Counted from the stretch's first letter, positions 9,534 through 20,462 are shown. The stretch: 64,000 bases of DNA from Bdellovibrionales bacterium (GCA_965203275.1 OZ241865.1:2144001-2208000), one strand, 5' to 3'. Made by a program: numbers and translations. The notes: a model not told the origin generated them from the sequence alone.

Positions 9534-10409
9534 ATGATGCGGGTGATCTTTATTGTAGGACCTACAGGGGTAGGCAAATCAGATTTTGCGACTCATTGGG
9601 CTAAGTCTGTCAATGGTCACATCTTAAATGCTGATAGTGTTCAATGCTTTAAATCTCTTAATATTGGTGCTAATAAACCTTCAAGCTTATTGCAAGCAGA
9701 AGTTCCACATCATTTATTTGATATTGTAGAAGAAGGGCAGTCTTTTACTGCCGGAGATTTCAGAAGGACTGCACTTAAACAGCTAAAAAAACTTACAATA
9801 CAAAAAGTTTCTCATGTGTTTGTTGTAGGAGGTAGTGGTTTTTATTTACAAGCCTTACTTAAAGGCATGCCACAATTCCCTAAAGCCTCAACTCAAGAAA
9901 GGCAAAATATTATGAAGGACTTAAAAACTTATGGTTTAAATTTTCTCTATCAGGAGCTACAAAGCAAAGATCCTCTTTATGCTAAAAAAGTGCATCCACA
10001 AGATCATTACAGGATTGTAAGAGGGGTAGAAATCTTACGTATACAACCTAAGACGATCACTCAAATAGAAAGTGCATTTCAACCTGATGTTTTTCCATAC
10101 CCTAAAACTCTCATTGGTTTGAAATGTGAAAGAAAGCAACTAAAGAAAAACCTTCAAATACGCACAAATCAAATGTTGCAAGCAGGTCTCATAGAGGAAG
10201 TGGAAGCTTTATTGAAAAAAGGTTTAAGAGATTGGCCTGTTTTGCAAAGTGTAGGCTATAAACAGGTGATAGAACTTTTAGAAGGACGTATGAAACAAGA
10301 GGAGTTAATAGAAGGTATTCTCCGAGCAAGTATGAAACTTGCTAAAAAACAAATGACATGGTTCCGTAATAAATATTCTGATATTCATTGGATTAGTTTA
10401 TTTCCCTAA
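9534..10409 (+). CDS. miaA: tRNA dimethylallyltransferase
   Basis: GPTGVGKS, ADSVQ, VPHHL, VGGSGFY and AKKQMTWF motifs. Confidence 0.96.
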   Translation: MMRVIFIVGPTGVGKSDFATHWAKSVNGHILNADSVQCFKSLNIGANKPSSLLQAEVPHHLFDIVEEGQSFTAGDFRRTALKQLKKLTIQKVSHVFVVGGSGFYLQALLKGMPQFPKASTQERQNIMKDLKTYGLNFLYQELQSKDPLYAKKVHPQDHYRIVRGVEILRIQPKTITQIESAFQPDVFPYPKTLIGLKCERKQLKKNLQIRTNQMLQAGLIEEVEALLKKGLRDWPVLQSVGYKQVIELLEGRMKQEELIEGILRASMKLAKKQMTWFRNKYSDIHWISLFP

Positions 10410-10604
10410 AAATAAAAAGGCTTTTAAATCCATCATCTGTCTACAAGGGTGTAGGGTTGCCTATCTAACAATCTTTAAAAGTATAATGCATTTTGAATGA
10501 TTTTTTTTATCAATAAATTTGTTGAAAGTGATCTAAGTCAAGAAGTCTAGTCTGTATAAAATAGTCCAAAAAGTATAGTTATTCAATACAGCAGTTAAAA
10601 TAAG

Positions 10605-12260
10605 ATGATCAAAATATTCTGCCATAAGATAATATTTCAAGAAACAATAAAAAATCATAAGGGAAATATGCCTATAATTAAAATTTTTATTTTAATAGTT
10701 AGCTTTTTATTTTGCATTGGTTGTATGCAAGATCCTTTTGGTTCATACCCTGAAAGCATAAGAAATGCTACACCACATGAAGAAATCAACCCACCTCTTG
10801 TAATCCCTCATCGCATGGTATCAGAAGATTTTGCTCAAATAACAGCAAGTCATAATGATCTATGGAGAGCTTCTGTTGGTAATGAATTTTCTATGGTGAT
10901 CACTAGCCGTATCTTTTTAGATGAAGAAGATTTTGATGATTTTATTGTAGAGATAGTCTCACCTCCTCTCATCGGTGAGGTTTATTCTTTTAGAGAAATA
11001 CAACAAGTCAGTTCAAAAGAAAAAAGATATCTTTTTAAATGGACGCCTAGCAGATCATTTACAGGAGATCATTTAAAAAAAGCCATCAATTTAAGATTTC
11101 AAGTCAGAACCGCCGGTCGCCTTAACCTCAACAAGCTTGAAAACTTCCCTGTCATTGTCTATAGGACATCCTTATTGGTCCGACCAGAAGTGACTTCTAT
11201 CACCATGCCATCAATACTGGAAGACGGGGAGGGATGTGTTATTCAAGTTCAAGTTTTTGATATTAATTCCAATGAAAATCATCCTCCTATCATTGAGTTT
11301 ATTAATATGGACGAAGATTATGACTTAACTGATTTGATTGCCTTTGTAGATAAAAAAATGATAAGCCAATATCTTTGGGAATTTGAGTTTCATTTTAAGA
11401 CAGAAATGCTAGACGAAATAAACAGAGATTCAATTCATTATAAATTAGGTGTACAAGCAAGGTCACACTTTAATGTACCTTCTCTTGTCAAAGCATCCCA
11501 CTTCACTATCATAAAAGACCAAAACAATATTCCTCAAATAACAGGGCCAACAAATATAACAGTTTATACAGGAACTCAATCTCATTTTCAATTACATGTA
11601 GAAGATCAGCTAAGAGAGTCCTTATCTATACAGATTATAGTCCCTCAAGACCAACACAATATACCAGGTTCTTTTGAATACTATACTCAAGAAAAAGATG
11701 AAGGTTTTGATATCACTGTGATTTGGAAAATATCAGAACAATCACTTTTACCTCATCTTGATACTGATACTGATATTGAAAGTAATGAATCCAATCAGTA
11801 CAACTTAAAGATAGAAATCACAAACAGCGATAATGGAGAACCGCTCCTTCATATCATTACAGCTCATGTCAATCCTGATATGCCTGAGTCATCGGTAAAC
11901 CTTTTCCCATTAATAGAACAGAATGAACAAGTAGACAATCATTCAGATCAAGTAGATACAGCAGATGTAGACAATCCTTCAGATCATGTAAACACAGAAG
12001 AAGATGTAGACAATCCTTCAGATCAGGTAGATATAACAGATGTAGACAATCCTTCAGATGATGCAACTACAGAAGATGTAGAAGATCCTACATTAGAAGA
12101 TAATCCAAAAAATTCTCCTGTAGAGGATAGTTCAACAGGTACACAACCTTCTGCTGACATAGAAGCAATAGATCATTCGCCATCTTCTCTAACAGATCCA
12201 CAAGTAGATCCTCTTTCAGATTCGGAAAAAACAAATGATGAAGCAGTAGATGAATCTTAA
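10605..12260 (+). CDS. hypothetical lipoprotein with beta-rich domains and an acidic D-V-D-N-P-S-D repeat tail (start probably ATG 10668)
   Basis: Signal ending CIGC; tandem acidic repeats at ~11930-12090. Confidence 0.75.
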   Translation: MIKIFCHKIIFQETIKNHKGNMPIIKIFILIVSFLFCIGCMQDPFGSYPESIRNATPHEEINPPLVIPHRMVSEDFAQITASHNDLWRASVGNEFSMVITSRIFLDEEDFDDFIVEIVSPPLIGEVYSFREIQQVSSKEKRYLFKWTPSRSFTGDHLKKAINLRFQVRTAGRLNLNKLENFPVIVYRTSLLVRPEVTSITMPSILEDGEGCVIQVQVFDINSNENHPPIIEFINMDEDYDLTDLIAFVDKKMISQYLWEFEFHFKTEMLDEINRDSIHYKLGVQARSHFNVPSLVKASHFTIIKDQNNIPQITGPTNITVYTGTQSHFQLHVEDQLRESLSIQIIVPQDQHNIPGSFEYYTQEKDEGFDITVIWKISEQSLLPHLDTDTDIESNESNQYNLKIEITNSDNGEPLLHIITAHVNPDMPESSVNLFPLIEQNEQVDNHSDQVDTADVDNPSDHVNTEEDVDNPSDQVDITDVDNPSDDATTEDVEDPTLEDNPKNSPVEDSSTGTQPSADIEAIDHSPSSLTDPQVDPLSDSEKTNDEAVDES

Positions 12261-12314
12261 TCAAGATAGTGGGTCGCAACAAGGAGTATAACAAAAAGAA
12301 AAAAGGATAGATCC

Positions 12315-13028
12315 ATGAGGTTTTATTATTTTTTTATTTTGATTATTTTTTATGCTTCTTTTGTACAAGCTGATATTTTTAAAGATTTACGAGCTTTAGG
12401 TGGAAATAATGTTTTGTTTAAAAAAGCAAAGCTCTTAGCTCCAGAAAAAAAAATCACTATTGTACAGAAAAGATTAGTAGATAGAAAACTCAGACATGAG
12501 TTTAATTTTGAAATGGCTTATCTTTTAGGTGGGGATGCTTTTTTAAATACTTCAAGGTTTGGAATAAATTATTTATTTCATATCACACCCCATTTGTCTT
12601 TTGGACTTAAAGGGACAATGGCTTTTAATCAAATTTCAAAAGAAGGTGAAGTTTTTATTGATAGGGCCATGAATTTATATAATGAATTTAAAAGTTTAAA
12701 ACCTCTAGTGCCTGATATAGATTATGAAAAATATGCCGCTTATTTAACCTTTGTTTGGTATCCTCTCTATGGAAAATTCAATCTTTATGAAATAGGTATT
12801 GGCCATTATGATCTTTACTTTCTTATAGGAGGAGGAAGACTATGGCTAAGGAGAGGGACGGCATTGGGTTTAACGGGTGGTGGTGGTTTAGCCTTTTGGT
12901 TAGCCAATCATTTTTCTTTAAGACTTGAGCTAAGATACGAAACATACAAAGCAAAAAGATTAAGTATCACATCTGGGCAAAGATTGCATTTAACAACATT
13001 AAATGTGGCATTAGGTTATATTTTGTGA
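12315..13028 (+). CDS. outer-membrane beta-barrel protein (GltA/GltB-like, myxobacterial/Bdellovibrio type)
   Basis: Signal peptide, IVQKR..RHE, WYPLYGKF and a terminal aromatic strand. Confidence 0.75.
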   Translation: MRFYYFFILIIFYASFVQADIFKDLRALGGNNVLFKKAKLLAPEKKITIVQKRLVDRKLRHEFNFEMAYLLGGDAFLNTSRFGINYLFHITPHLSFGLKGTMAFNQISKEGEVFIDRAMNLYNEFKSLKPLVPDIDYEKYAAYLTFVWYPLYGKFNLYEIGIGHYDLYFLIGGGRLWLRRGTALGLTGGGGLAFWLANHFSLRLELRYETYKAKRLSITSGQRLHLTTLNVALGYIL

Positions 13029-13105
13029 TCTTCAACAAAAATAAATTAACACCAAGGTCCGGAGTTTTTAGAGTGCAGAAAGTATAATATATTTTAAGGT
13101 GATCT

Positions 13106-14788
13106 ATGAAGAATATCATTTATACTTTATTACTTTGTTTTTTTTATTTCTCTGATGCTCAAGCAACACCTTCAAAAAAAGAAGTCCGTGAAACAGAAAA
13201 AAAGCTCTTAAATATTTTAAATAAAGCTTTATGGACACAGTCAAATGATGAAGACTTAAATCATTTTTTAACTGCTTTTAGAAAACATAAATGGCAAGAA
13301 GCTTTTTATATATGGGATAGCAGTTTCAATAAAAGTTCTTCATTTCTTCGATCTGAAACAGGCCAAGCTCTTTATGCTTATTTGCTGTTTAAAAATAATA
13401 TTAAAATTATGGGGCTTGAAACTCTTTTTACTATCCGCAATCCTATGAAAATATTAAATGAGTTAAGAGTTCTACTGCGTTCAGCTCTGCCTCACAATCA
13501 TAAAGTTTGGCATTTTGTGGAGGTCAAATGGAGTAGCCAATGGACAAAAGTGCTTGGTACTCAAACACAGAAGACCTTCGCATTAAGTCAAGCATTGTCT
13601 TTTAAAGACGCAATAAATATACAAGAAGCACTTGAAAATCTTCCAGAAGCTTCTATATCTCATAAACTACGATGGTATGCTACACTTATGTTTGCTGTGC
13701 GTGGCAATTCTCAAAGAGCAATAAAACAGCTTCAAATACTTATGAAACTTAAAAAACCACCTGTTAGTCGCCAGTTAATGTACTTAACAGCAGGTCGTAT
13801 TTTTATCCAACTTGGAAATTTAGATCAAGCTTTATCTTATTATGAGAGAATTTCTAAACGTTCTGATTATTGGTTATTGGCCCATGAAGAAATGGCATGG
13901 ATATCTATGTTGAAAAATGATCCTCAAAGGGCATTAGGTTATACTCATACTCTTATGTATCCTGTTTTGGCCAATCAAGTGGGTCCTGAACCTAGTTATC
14001 TCCATGCATTAGCTTCTGTAAAAGTCTGCGATTATTGGGAAGCTTTGGAAACTCTTAGAAAGTTTAAGATTCAATTTGCACCTAGAATTAAATCATTACA
14101 ATTTTTAGCAAAGCATGGCCACACAAAATCCTCAAGGCATTTAAGACAACGTTTTTTGTTAAAAGGTAAAAAAATGCCTTTAAGTATATTTCACTTAGGA
14201 TGGCGAGCTAAGAACTTACCTACTTTAGCTCATCGAGATCAAAAGCTATTTCACTTTACACGTACACAATATTTTTTAATCAAAGAAGCTAAGGTCATAC
14301 ATGATCTATCTAAAGAACTCAATGCCAAAGCAAAAGACAAAAATCTTGCGAAGCTGAGTCGCTATAAAAGGAGCTACTCTCAAAAAATTCTTGCAGGTTT
14401 AAAGCAAAAAATAGATCAAAAAATTAAGAAATACAATAAGCAGTTTTATAGAAGGCTTCAAAAACTAGCTAGCAAAGACTTGGTAAATATTCATAATGTC
14501 ATAAAAAAATTACATGTTGTAGAAGCAGAAGTTCTTCAACTTATGACCAATAGAACTCCTGCAACTGCTGATCAAATGAATATAAGGAGGCAAAATAAAA
14601 TTACCTTAAGTGCAGAAAATATTTATAAACATGATTCGTCTTATTCAAGGATATTTACAGATAAAGAAAGAGAATTATGGTTTGATGAACTAGGTTCTTA
14701 TCGTGTGCATGTTAATGTTGCAGATTGTGAAGATGGGAAAATTATTCCTATTCCAAACATTAAAGAAACAACAGAAACAGCAATATAA
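13106..14788 (+). CDS. TPR protein, GltC-like gliding-associated
   Basis: Signal peptide, TPR (ALSYYERI..SDYW..AHEEMAW), VCDY and a C-terminal ELWFDELGSYR..C; follows the OM barrel. Confidence 0.65.
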   Translation: MKNIIYTLLLCFFYFSDAQATPSKKEVRETEKKLLNILNKALWTQSNDEDLNHFLTAFRKHKWQEAFYIWDSSFNKSSSFLRSETGQALYAYLLFKNNIKIMGLETLFTIRNPMKILNELRVLLRSALPHNHKVWHFVEVKWSSQWTKVLGTQTQKTFALSQALSFKDAINIQEALENLPEASISHKLRWYATLMFAVRGNSQRAIKQLQILMKLKKPPVSRQLMYLTAGRIFIQLGNLDQALSYYERISKRSDYWLLAHEEMAWISMLKNDPQRALGYTHTLMYPVLANQVGPEPSYLHALASVKVCDYWEALETLRKFKIQFAPRIKSLQFLAKHGHTKSSRHLRQRFLLKGKKMPLSIFHLGWRAKNLPTLAHRDQKLFHFTRTQYFLIKEAKVIHDLSKELNAKAKDKNLAKLSRYKRSYSQKILAGLKQKIDQKIKKYNKQFYRRLQKLASKDLVNIHNVIKKLHVVEAEVLQLMTNRTPATADQMNIRRQNKITLSAENIYKHDSSYSRIFTDKERELWFDELGSYRVHVNVADCEDGKIIPIPNIKETTETAI

Positions 14789-14824
14789 TAATAAAAAAAT
14801 TAAGTAAAATAAGATAGTTAAGGA

Positions 14825-15172
14825 GAACTTTTTCCTTAACATGATGTAAAGAAACGAAGGGATCCTCCATACTCAAAGTGGTCAGGCTTTTGAGGAGATG
14901 AGCATTTTATCGACGGCGAGAAAATAAACATCTTGTTTCCTTAACATGGTGTTAAGAAATGAGGACATCCTTCTTCCTAAAATTGAACAGGCTTTTGAGG
15001 GCATCAGGCAGAAAAGGCATTTTGTTTCCTTAACATGGTGTTAAGAGACGAGAGGATCCTCCCCTACTAAAAGTAAACGGACTTTTGAGGTAGCCAGCCT
15101 TTGATCGACGGCGGTAGCCGTCGGGCTGGCTACCCAAAAGTGACCAGAGGTCAGTTTACTTTTAGTGAAACA
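14825..15172 (+). repeat. family A element cluster (two partial, one full copy ~15028-15170)
   Basis: CCTTAACATGGTGTTAAG...GGATCCTCCCCTACTAAAAGTAAAC...GTTTACTTTTAGTGAAAC. Confidence 0.9.
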
Positions 15173-15191
15173 GAACGAATGAAAGGAACAA

Positions 15192-16280
15192 ATGTACAAT
15201 AGAATATTAAAAACTTTCTTTTTTTTAAATATTGTGGTGATAGGAGCATGCACTCAAGATTCTCATCTTTTGATGCTTAAACCCTCTAGCTCCCACTCTT
15301 TAGATTTATCTATTCATCAACAGCATCCTAAGTTCCCTTTAAAAATTTGGTTTGTAGTTGAAAGTTCCAGAGATATGACTTCTCATAAAGAGCTTTGGAC
15401 TTGGTATATAGAGTATTTTTTAAAATCTTTGCTCTTACAAAAACAGGTGATTGATTTTCATATCCAATGGACACTTGCTTCCTCTGATCCAGAAGTCGCT
15501 TCTGATGTTGTAGGCTCAAATGTTTTCACCCATGAAAACCTAGATAATATGTTTCAAGAAAATCAACTACAACTCGAAAGCCTTCAAAATATTTTAAGTT
15601 TAGAGTCTTTGAATAATGACTTTTTAGGGGCGACTGTAAGACTTCTTGATAGCAATCAACAGAAAGATCAAAGCCATTTGTTGATTGTTTTTGTTGGAGG
15701 AGACAGCTTAAATAATTTATCTCTTATGGATAATTTTTCTGAAAAACTTTTAGCATTTCAATCCAATCAAAAAAATAAAATTACCCTTTTATCTCTTCAA
15801 CCACTTCTGACTAATTGCTCTACTTTTAGAAGGTCTAATGAAAACAGCCTCAGTGAGTTTATAGGTGTGTTAGATGGTGCTACAATCTTCCTTTGTGATT
15901 CTGGCACAGAGAGTTTATTGCAAGCAGCTCAATTTGTTTATCAACGTGTTGCTTTGATTCCTTTCACAAGATTACCTGTAATAGAGACAGCTCAATTATG
16001 CTATGGCCCTGACTTGATTTCTCAACATGCTCTTGAAGGTTGGTCTTATGTCCCTGAAGGCAATCAGGTGGCTTTAGCCTGGAATGTGAAGTTATCTTCT
16101 ACAGATGAGGAATCTTCTACAGATGAAGAATCTTCTCAAAAATCTCAAGCTGAAGAAAATAAAGAAGACCCATTAAAAACTTCTTACTGCAAGGAAAACA
16201 ATCCTCAAAAAAATGCATTTTATTTAAATTACATGCCTGTGATTCCAGATCAGACTGTCGAAACATTTGACAATCGTTGA
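15192..16280 (+). CDS. hypothetical lipoprotein, degenerate vWA-like
   Basis: Lipobox IGAC; IWFVVESSRDM resembles a degenerate MIDAS strand. Confidence 0.6.
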   Translation: MYNRILKTFFFLNIVVIGACTQDSHLLMLKPSSSHSLDLSIHQQHPKFPLKIWFVVESSRDMTSHKELWTWYIEYFLKSLLLQKQVIDFHIQWTLASSDPEVASDVVGSNVFTHENLDNMFQENQLQLESLQNILSLESLNNDFLGATVRLLDSNQQKDQSHLLIVFVGGDSLNNLSLMDNFSEKLLAFQSNQKNKITLLSLQPLLTNCSTFRRSNENSLSEFIGVLDGATIFLCDSGTESLLQAAQFVYQRVALIPFTRLPVIETAQLCYGPDLISQHALEGWSYVPEGNQVALAWNVKLSSTDEESSTDEESSQKSQAEENKEDPLKTSYCKENNPQKNAFYLNYMPVIPDQTVETFDNR

Positions 16281-16350
16281 TGACATCTTGCATTCGATAA
16301 AAAAATTATTTAAAATAAAAGATATAGGTATTTTATTTAGGGAGCAAAGT

Positions 16351-16899
16351 ATGAGAAGGTGCATAGTGTTTAATAAAAAAGGTTTTTCTATCATAGAGAT
16401 TATGGTTGTGGCTTCTATTTTAGGTTTGTTATCTTTAATGTTGATGCCTAGCTATCAGGAGTTTAAAAAGAACGGACATCGACAAGCTGCTAGGGTGCAT
16501 TTATCAACTTATCAGCGTTCTGCAAAAATGATGATTGGAGAGTTTGGATATAATCCAGGGAATTTTGTAGCATTGGGATTTCAACCAGAAGGAAATATTT
16601 ATTATAGGATTATAGCAGCTGATAGTAACAGAAACCCACCTGATTATTACCCAAATAACGATTGTTGTTTTTCAACTGGGCATGATTCTAATCATACTCA
16701 TACTAATTGTACTGGCACTAATGATTGTGTGGATTGTGGTGCAGGTTATCGTGATGCCTGGCAAGAAACATTATCTAATTATAGTAATAAAACTGCAACA
16801 GTTAATGGGAGGAGCTTTAAAGTGTATGCTGTTTCTGACAAGAGCGATGACTTTCTTTGTACCAATGAGGCTGATGTTTTTACTGGCGATTGTGGATAA
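16351..16899 (+). CDS. type IV pilin-like protein
   Basis: KKG/FSIIEIMVV class III signal; GGAG RBS before ATG 16351; Cys-rich C-terminus. Confidence 0.9.
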   Translation: MRRCIVFNKKGFSIIEIMVVASILGLLSLMLMPSYQEFKKNGHRQAARVHLSTYQRSAKMMIGEFGYNPGNFVALGFQPEGNIYYRIIAADSNRNPPDYYPNNDCCFSTGHDSNHTHTNCTGTNDCVDCGAGYRDAWQETLSNYSNKTATVNGRSFKVYAVSDKSDDFLCTNEADVFTGDCG

Positions 16900-17483
16900 T
16901 GCCTAATATAGTTTTAGTTTTTCTTGGATTATTTGGAGGGTTAGCTTTTCTTTTGATATCTAATCCTCTACACACAGCTTGTCGTTCTCAAATGACAGAG
17001 TTGACCCATCAACATACCCCTTTTTTTATTTTAGATAAATCGTTGAAGTTTCAAGAGAAAACAGAGCATCAACAAGCTTTAGAAGCCTGTCGAAAAACCA
17101 ATACTCCAGGGGGTTGTCTTCGGCTATTTAATGGAATCAGAGAATTAACTGGTAGTTTAGAATCTTTGCCTAGTGATTGCATCACGTCTCTTTGTACTCG
17201 TAAGGAGTTTAATCAACCGTTATGGGATGCAGTAGATATTTTAGTACGCATTGGGTGGGGAGATGTGCCACCTCAGGATATTTATGAGCAAACCCGTTGG
17301 TTAGATCGCTCTCACTTTTTGCTATTTTGTCGTATGAAAAAAATTTTAAATACATGCCATGGAGAGGATCGATGGAATCAAGAACAAGAAAAGATCCTTT
17401 ATAGTCTACCGGGGAGTGAAGATATGACAAGAAAGGATATATGGAGAAAGGCTCTTTTTGCTATTAGTTGTCGAAACCTATAG
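16890..17483 (+). CDS. Cys-rich membrane-anchored hypothetical protein
   Basis: N-terminal TM and multiple cysteines. Confidence 0.7.
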   Translation: MWIMPNIVLVFLGLFGGLAFLLISNPLHTACRSQMTELTHQHTPFFILDKSLKFQEKTEHQQALEACRKTNTPGGCLRLFNGIRELTGSLESLPSDCITSLCTRKEFNQPLWDAVDILVRIGWGDVPPQDIYEQTRWLDRSHFLLFCRMKKILNTCHGEDRWNQEQEKILYSLPGSEDMTRKDIWRKALFAISCRNL

Positions 17484-17491
17484 AAGGCATT

Positions 17492-18379
17492 TTAATCTCT
17501 TTGTCCAAAGCGTAGTTTCTCTCGCAGAGTATCAAAATAATGACTGGATGGAGGCATAAGCATTTTAAGTTTTTGCTGAGCTTTTGTGATAGCAATAGAA
17601 TCTTGAGATGTAAAATCCGTTTCTTTATGGCCGTCTACCAAGAACACAGCTTTTTGAGTTCGGTTGGTGAGTTTTAGTTCAATGGACTGCTCATTGGAAA
17701 TAGTGATTGGCTTATTGGTTAAACTATGAGAACAAATAGGAGAGATCACTGTTGCAGGCACTTCTGGTTCTGGACATACAATAGGTCCACCAGATGCTAG
17801 ATTATATGCTGTAGAACCTGTAGGTGTTGCTACAATCAAACCATCTGCTTTGAGGTGAGTGACTAAGTGACCATCTACAACAATGGATATATAGATCAAT
17901 CGACCTATCCGACCTCTCTCTAAAACAACATCATTTAAAGCTAAAAAAGTATGTGTTTTTTGTTTTGCTTTTGGTAATCCAATATTTTGTGTAAAAGTGA
18001 CATTTAAAAGGGAGCGGTAAGAAACTTGCAATTGTCCTTTTAATGCTCTTTTAATATTTATTTTGATTTCTTCCTCTGGAGTTTGTGTGAGAAAACCTAG
18101 AGATCCTAAATTGACACCAAGTATAGGGATCAGAGATTTATGAAATAACTTTACTGTTTTAAGATATGTCCCATCACCACCTAACACAATGGCAAAGTTT
18201 AAGTGATTGATGTTCGATGAGGTTATTTTTTCTGTACCAGGGATTGGCTCTTGATCAGGATGGCTATAGCATTGACAACCTTGGGAGTTAAGCCAATCGG
18301 TTGTTTTAACAGCTATGTCCCAAGCTTGCTTTTTTGTTGGCCGATAAATCACAGCAATTTTATGTTTATGCACTGACAT
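17492..18379 (-). CDS. nadK: NAD(+) kinase
   Basis: LGGDGT, GSLGFL, ALND and DGLIVATPTGSTAY motifs. Confidence 0.96.
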   Translation of the reverse strand: MSVHKHKIAVIYRPTKKQAWDIAVKTTDWLNSQGCQCYSHPDQEPIPGTEKITSSNINHLNFAIVLGGDGTYLKTVKLFHKSLIPILGVNLGSLGFLTQTPEEEIKINIKRALKGQLQVSYRSLLNVTFTQNIGLPKAKQKTHTFLALNDVVLERGRIGRLIYISIVVDGHLVTHLKADGLIVATPTGSTAYNLASGGPIVCPEPEVPATVISPICSHSLTNKPITISNEQSIELKLTNRTQKAVFLVDGHKETDFTSQDSIAITKAQQKLKMLMPPSSHYFDTLREKLRFGQRD

Positions 18380-18469
18380 ATTGTCATCTCACATTGTTAT
18401 TTTACTTGTGTTATTAAGAGATAAGTCTATTTATCAGTCATACTTTAGTCAAGGCTTTTGTTTCCTCTG

Positions 18470-19362
18470 TTTCACTAAAAGTGGTCTGTTTCCCTAAAAG
18501 TAAACTGACCTCTGTTTCACTAAAAGTAAACTGACCTCTGGTCACTTTTGGGCGATGACCACGACGACTGTCGTCGTCGATAAAATGGTCATCACCTCAA
18601 AAGTCCGTTTACTTTTAGTAGGGGAGGATCCTCTCGTCTCTTAACACAATGTTAAGGGTTTGTCTCACTAAAAGTAAACTGACCTCTGGTCACTTTTGGG
18701 CGATGACCACGACGACTGTCGTCGTCGATAAAATGGTCATCACCTCAAAAGTCCGTTTACTTTTAGTAGGGGAGGATCCTCTCGTCTCTTAACACAATGT
18801 TAAGGGTTTGTCTCACTAAAAGTAAACTGACCTCTGGTCACTTTTGGGCGATGACCACGACGACTGTCGTCGTCGATAAAATGGTCATCACCTCAAAAGT
18901 CCGTTTACTTTTAGTAGGGGAGGATCCTCTCGTCTCTTAACACGATGTTAAGGGTTTGTCTCACTAAAAGTAAACTGACCTCTGGTCACTTTTGGTCATC
19001 ACCTCAAAAGTCCGTTTACTTTTAGTAGGGGAGGATCCTCTCGTCTCTTAACACGATGTTAAGGGTTTGTCTCACTAAAAGTAAACTGACCTCTGGTCAC
19101 TTTTGGGCGATCGATAAAATGGTCATCACCTCAAAAGTCCGTTTACTTTTAGTAGGGGAGGATCCTCTCGTCTCTTAACACGATGTTAAGGGTTTGTCTC
19201 ACTAAAAGTAAACTGACCTCTGGTCACTTTTGGGCGATGACCACGACGACTGTCGTCGTCGATAAAATGGTCATCACCTCAAAAGTCCGTTTACTTTTAG
19301 TAGGGAGGATCCCTTCGTTTCTTTACTCCATGTTAAGGAAAAAGTTCCTTCATCAAGGCTGG
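18470..19362 (-). repeat. tandem array of six family A elements (148-bp period; units 4 and 5 internally deleted)
   Basis: CACTAAAAGTAAACTGACC recurs at 18518, 18666, 18814, 18962, 19073 and 19200. Confidence 0.95.
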
Positions 19363-19582
19363 CAACCTCATAAAACTTCAAATAAAAAAAGAGACCACAA
19401 GGCCCCCTTTTGTCTAAATACATAGAAAAGATTTAGTTTTCATATCTACAAAGATAGACATTGTCTTTAAGTGTGTCTAAAAGAGACAATAAAAAATATA
19501 AAAATTTTATAAAACCCACAATAACCCCACTTTTAAAGGTTAAACTTTGATAGCTCGCATCATTTATTGACCCACACACCAC

Positions 19583-19675
19583 AATCTTCAAAACCAATAT
19601 GGCTGGACGGCTTTAACGCATGCTAAGGACACTGATATTGTAAGACTATTAAAAGAGGCCGGGGTTACAAAATAA
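19583..19675 (+). pseudogene. 3' remnant of an ankyrin gene
   Basis: NLQNQYGWTALTHAKDTDIVRLLKEAGVTK* followed by GACCAATT, like the ends of the 7150 and 8041 genes. Confidence 0.8.
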
Positions 19676-19736
19676 GACCAATTCTATATTTGTCTCAAAA
19701 TAAGAATTTTTTTTTATCTTTTATCAAATAAATCAT

Positions 19737-19763
19737 TTAGTAAGTCAAAAGTCCTGCCGATAC
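19737..19763 (+). promoter_or_regulatory. putative sigma28 promoter of the pilin gene
   Basis: TTAG-N15-GCCGATAC; the spacer TAAGTCAAAAGTCCT is nearly identical to that at 7977-7991. Confidence 0.6.
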
Positions 19764-19799
19764 TTTCTTTAGGTATACTTTTAAGAAAGGAAACAAAAT

Positions 19800-20432
19800 A
19801 TGAAACAATCAGGCTTTTCTTTGTTAGAGTTATTAATAGTCGTAAGCATAATTGGTCTTTTAAGTGTTGTGGCAATCCCACAATATCAAAAGTATAAAAG
19901 AAAAGCTATGCAAACAGAGGCTAAAACTACTCTAGCTATTCTTTACACAATGCAATCATCTTTTATAATAAATCACGGATACGGGACTCCAAACTTTTCT
20001 CAAATTGGATTTTATCCTAAAGGTACTTATTGGTATAACACCGGCTGGAATGGTAACGATCGATATAGAGGACAAAACAATATCAATAAAACATCCGAGT
20101 CTAATCTACCCAATTTGTCACCAGAATACGAAGGCCCGTTAGCAAAGACTTGTCAGCCAACCTGGACTTGCAATTCGGTAAACATAAGAGGGGCGTGCGA
20201 TCGTGTCAATAGACAGCAAGGCAAGCCTTGTTTTCTTAGAACACCATCTAATGGTAGAATTGTGGCATTAAGAACAGTTGATAAATCACAGATCGGAGAG
20301 GGAACAGGAACTAGGGACGTGGTCGTAGATAATAATGGCTATAAGGATGTGGAGTTTATAATTGGAGCTATAAATATGTATGACGATAAGTGGATTATAA
20401 CCGAAAATCAAAAGCTGGTTAATATTCCTTAA
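19800..20432 (+). CDS. type IV pilin-like protein
   Basis: QSG/FSLLELLIVVSIIGLLSVVAIPQY and EAKTTL. Confidence 0.93.
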   Translation: MKQSGFSLLELLIVVSIIGLLSVVAIPQYQKYKRKAMQTEAKTTLAILYTMQSSFIINHGYGTPNFSQIGFYPKGTYWYNTGWNGNDRYRGQNNINKTSESNLPNLSPEYEGPLAKTCQPTWTCNSVNIRGACDRVNRQQGKPCFLRTPSNGRIVALRTVDKSQIGEGTGTRDVVVDNNGYKDVEFIIGAINMYDDKWIITENQKLVNIP

Positions 20433-20462
20433 TCCCTTTTGTCTTTATTGCCTTTTTTCAAA

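Noticed and set aside
15041..15253. ORFs 15041-15253, 19183-19425, 50899-51192, 50976-51182 and 51054-51404
   Set aside because: They lie over the structured repeats, have no recognisable motifs and the frames are not conserved between copies.
18470..19362. CRISPR array
   Set aside because: Units are ~148 bp near-identical repeats with no unique spacers, and there are no cas genes in the window.
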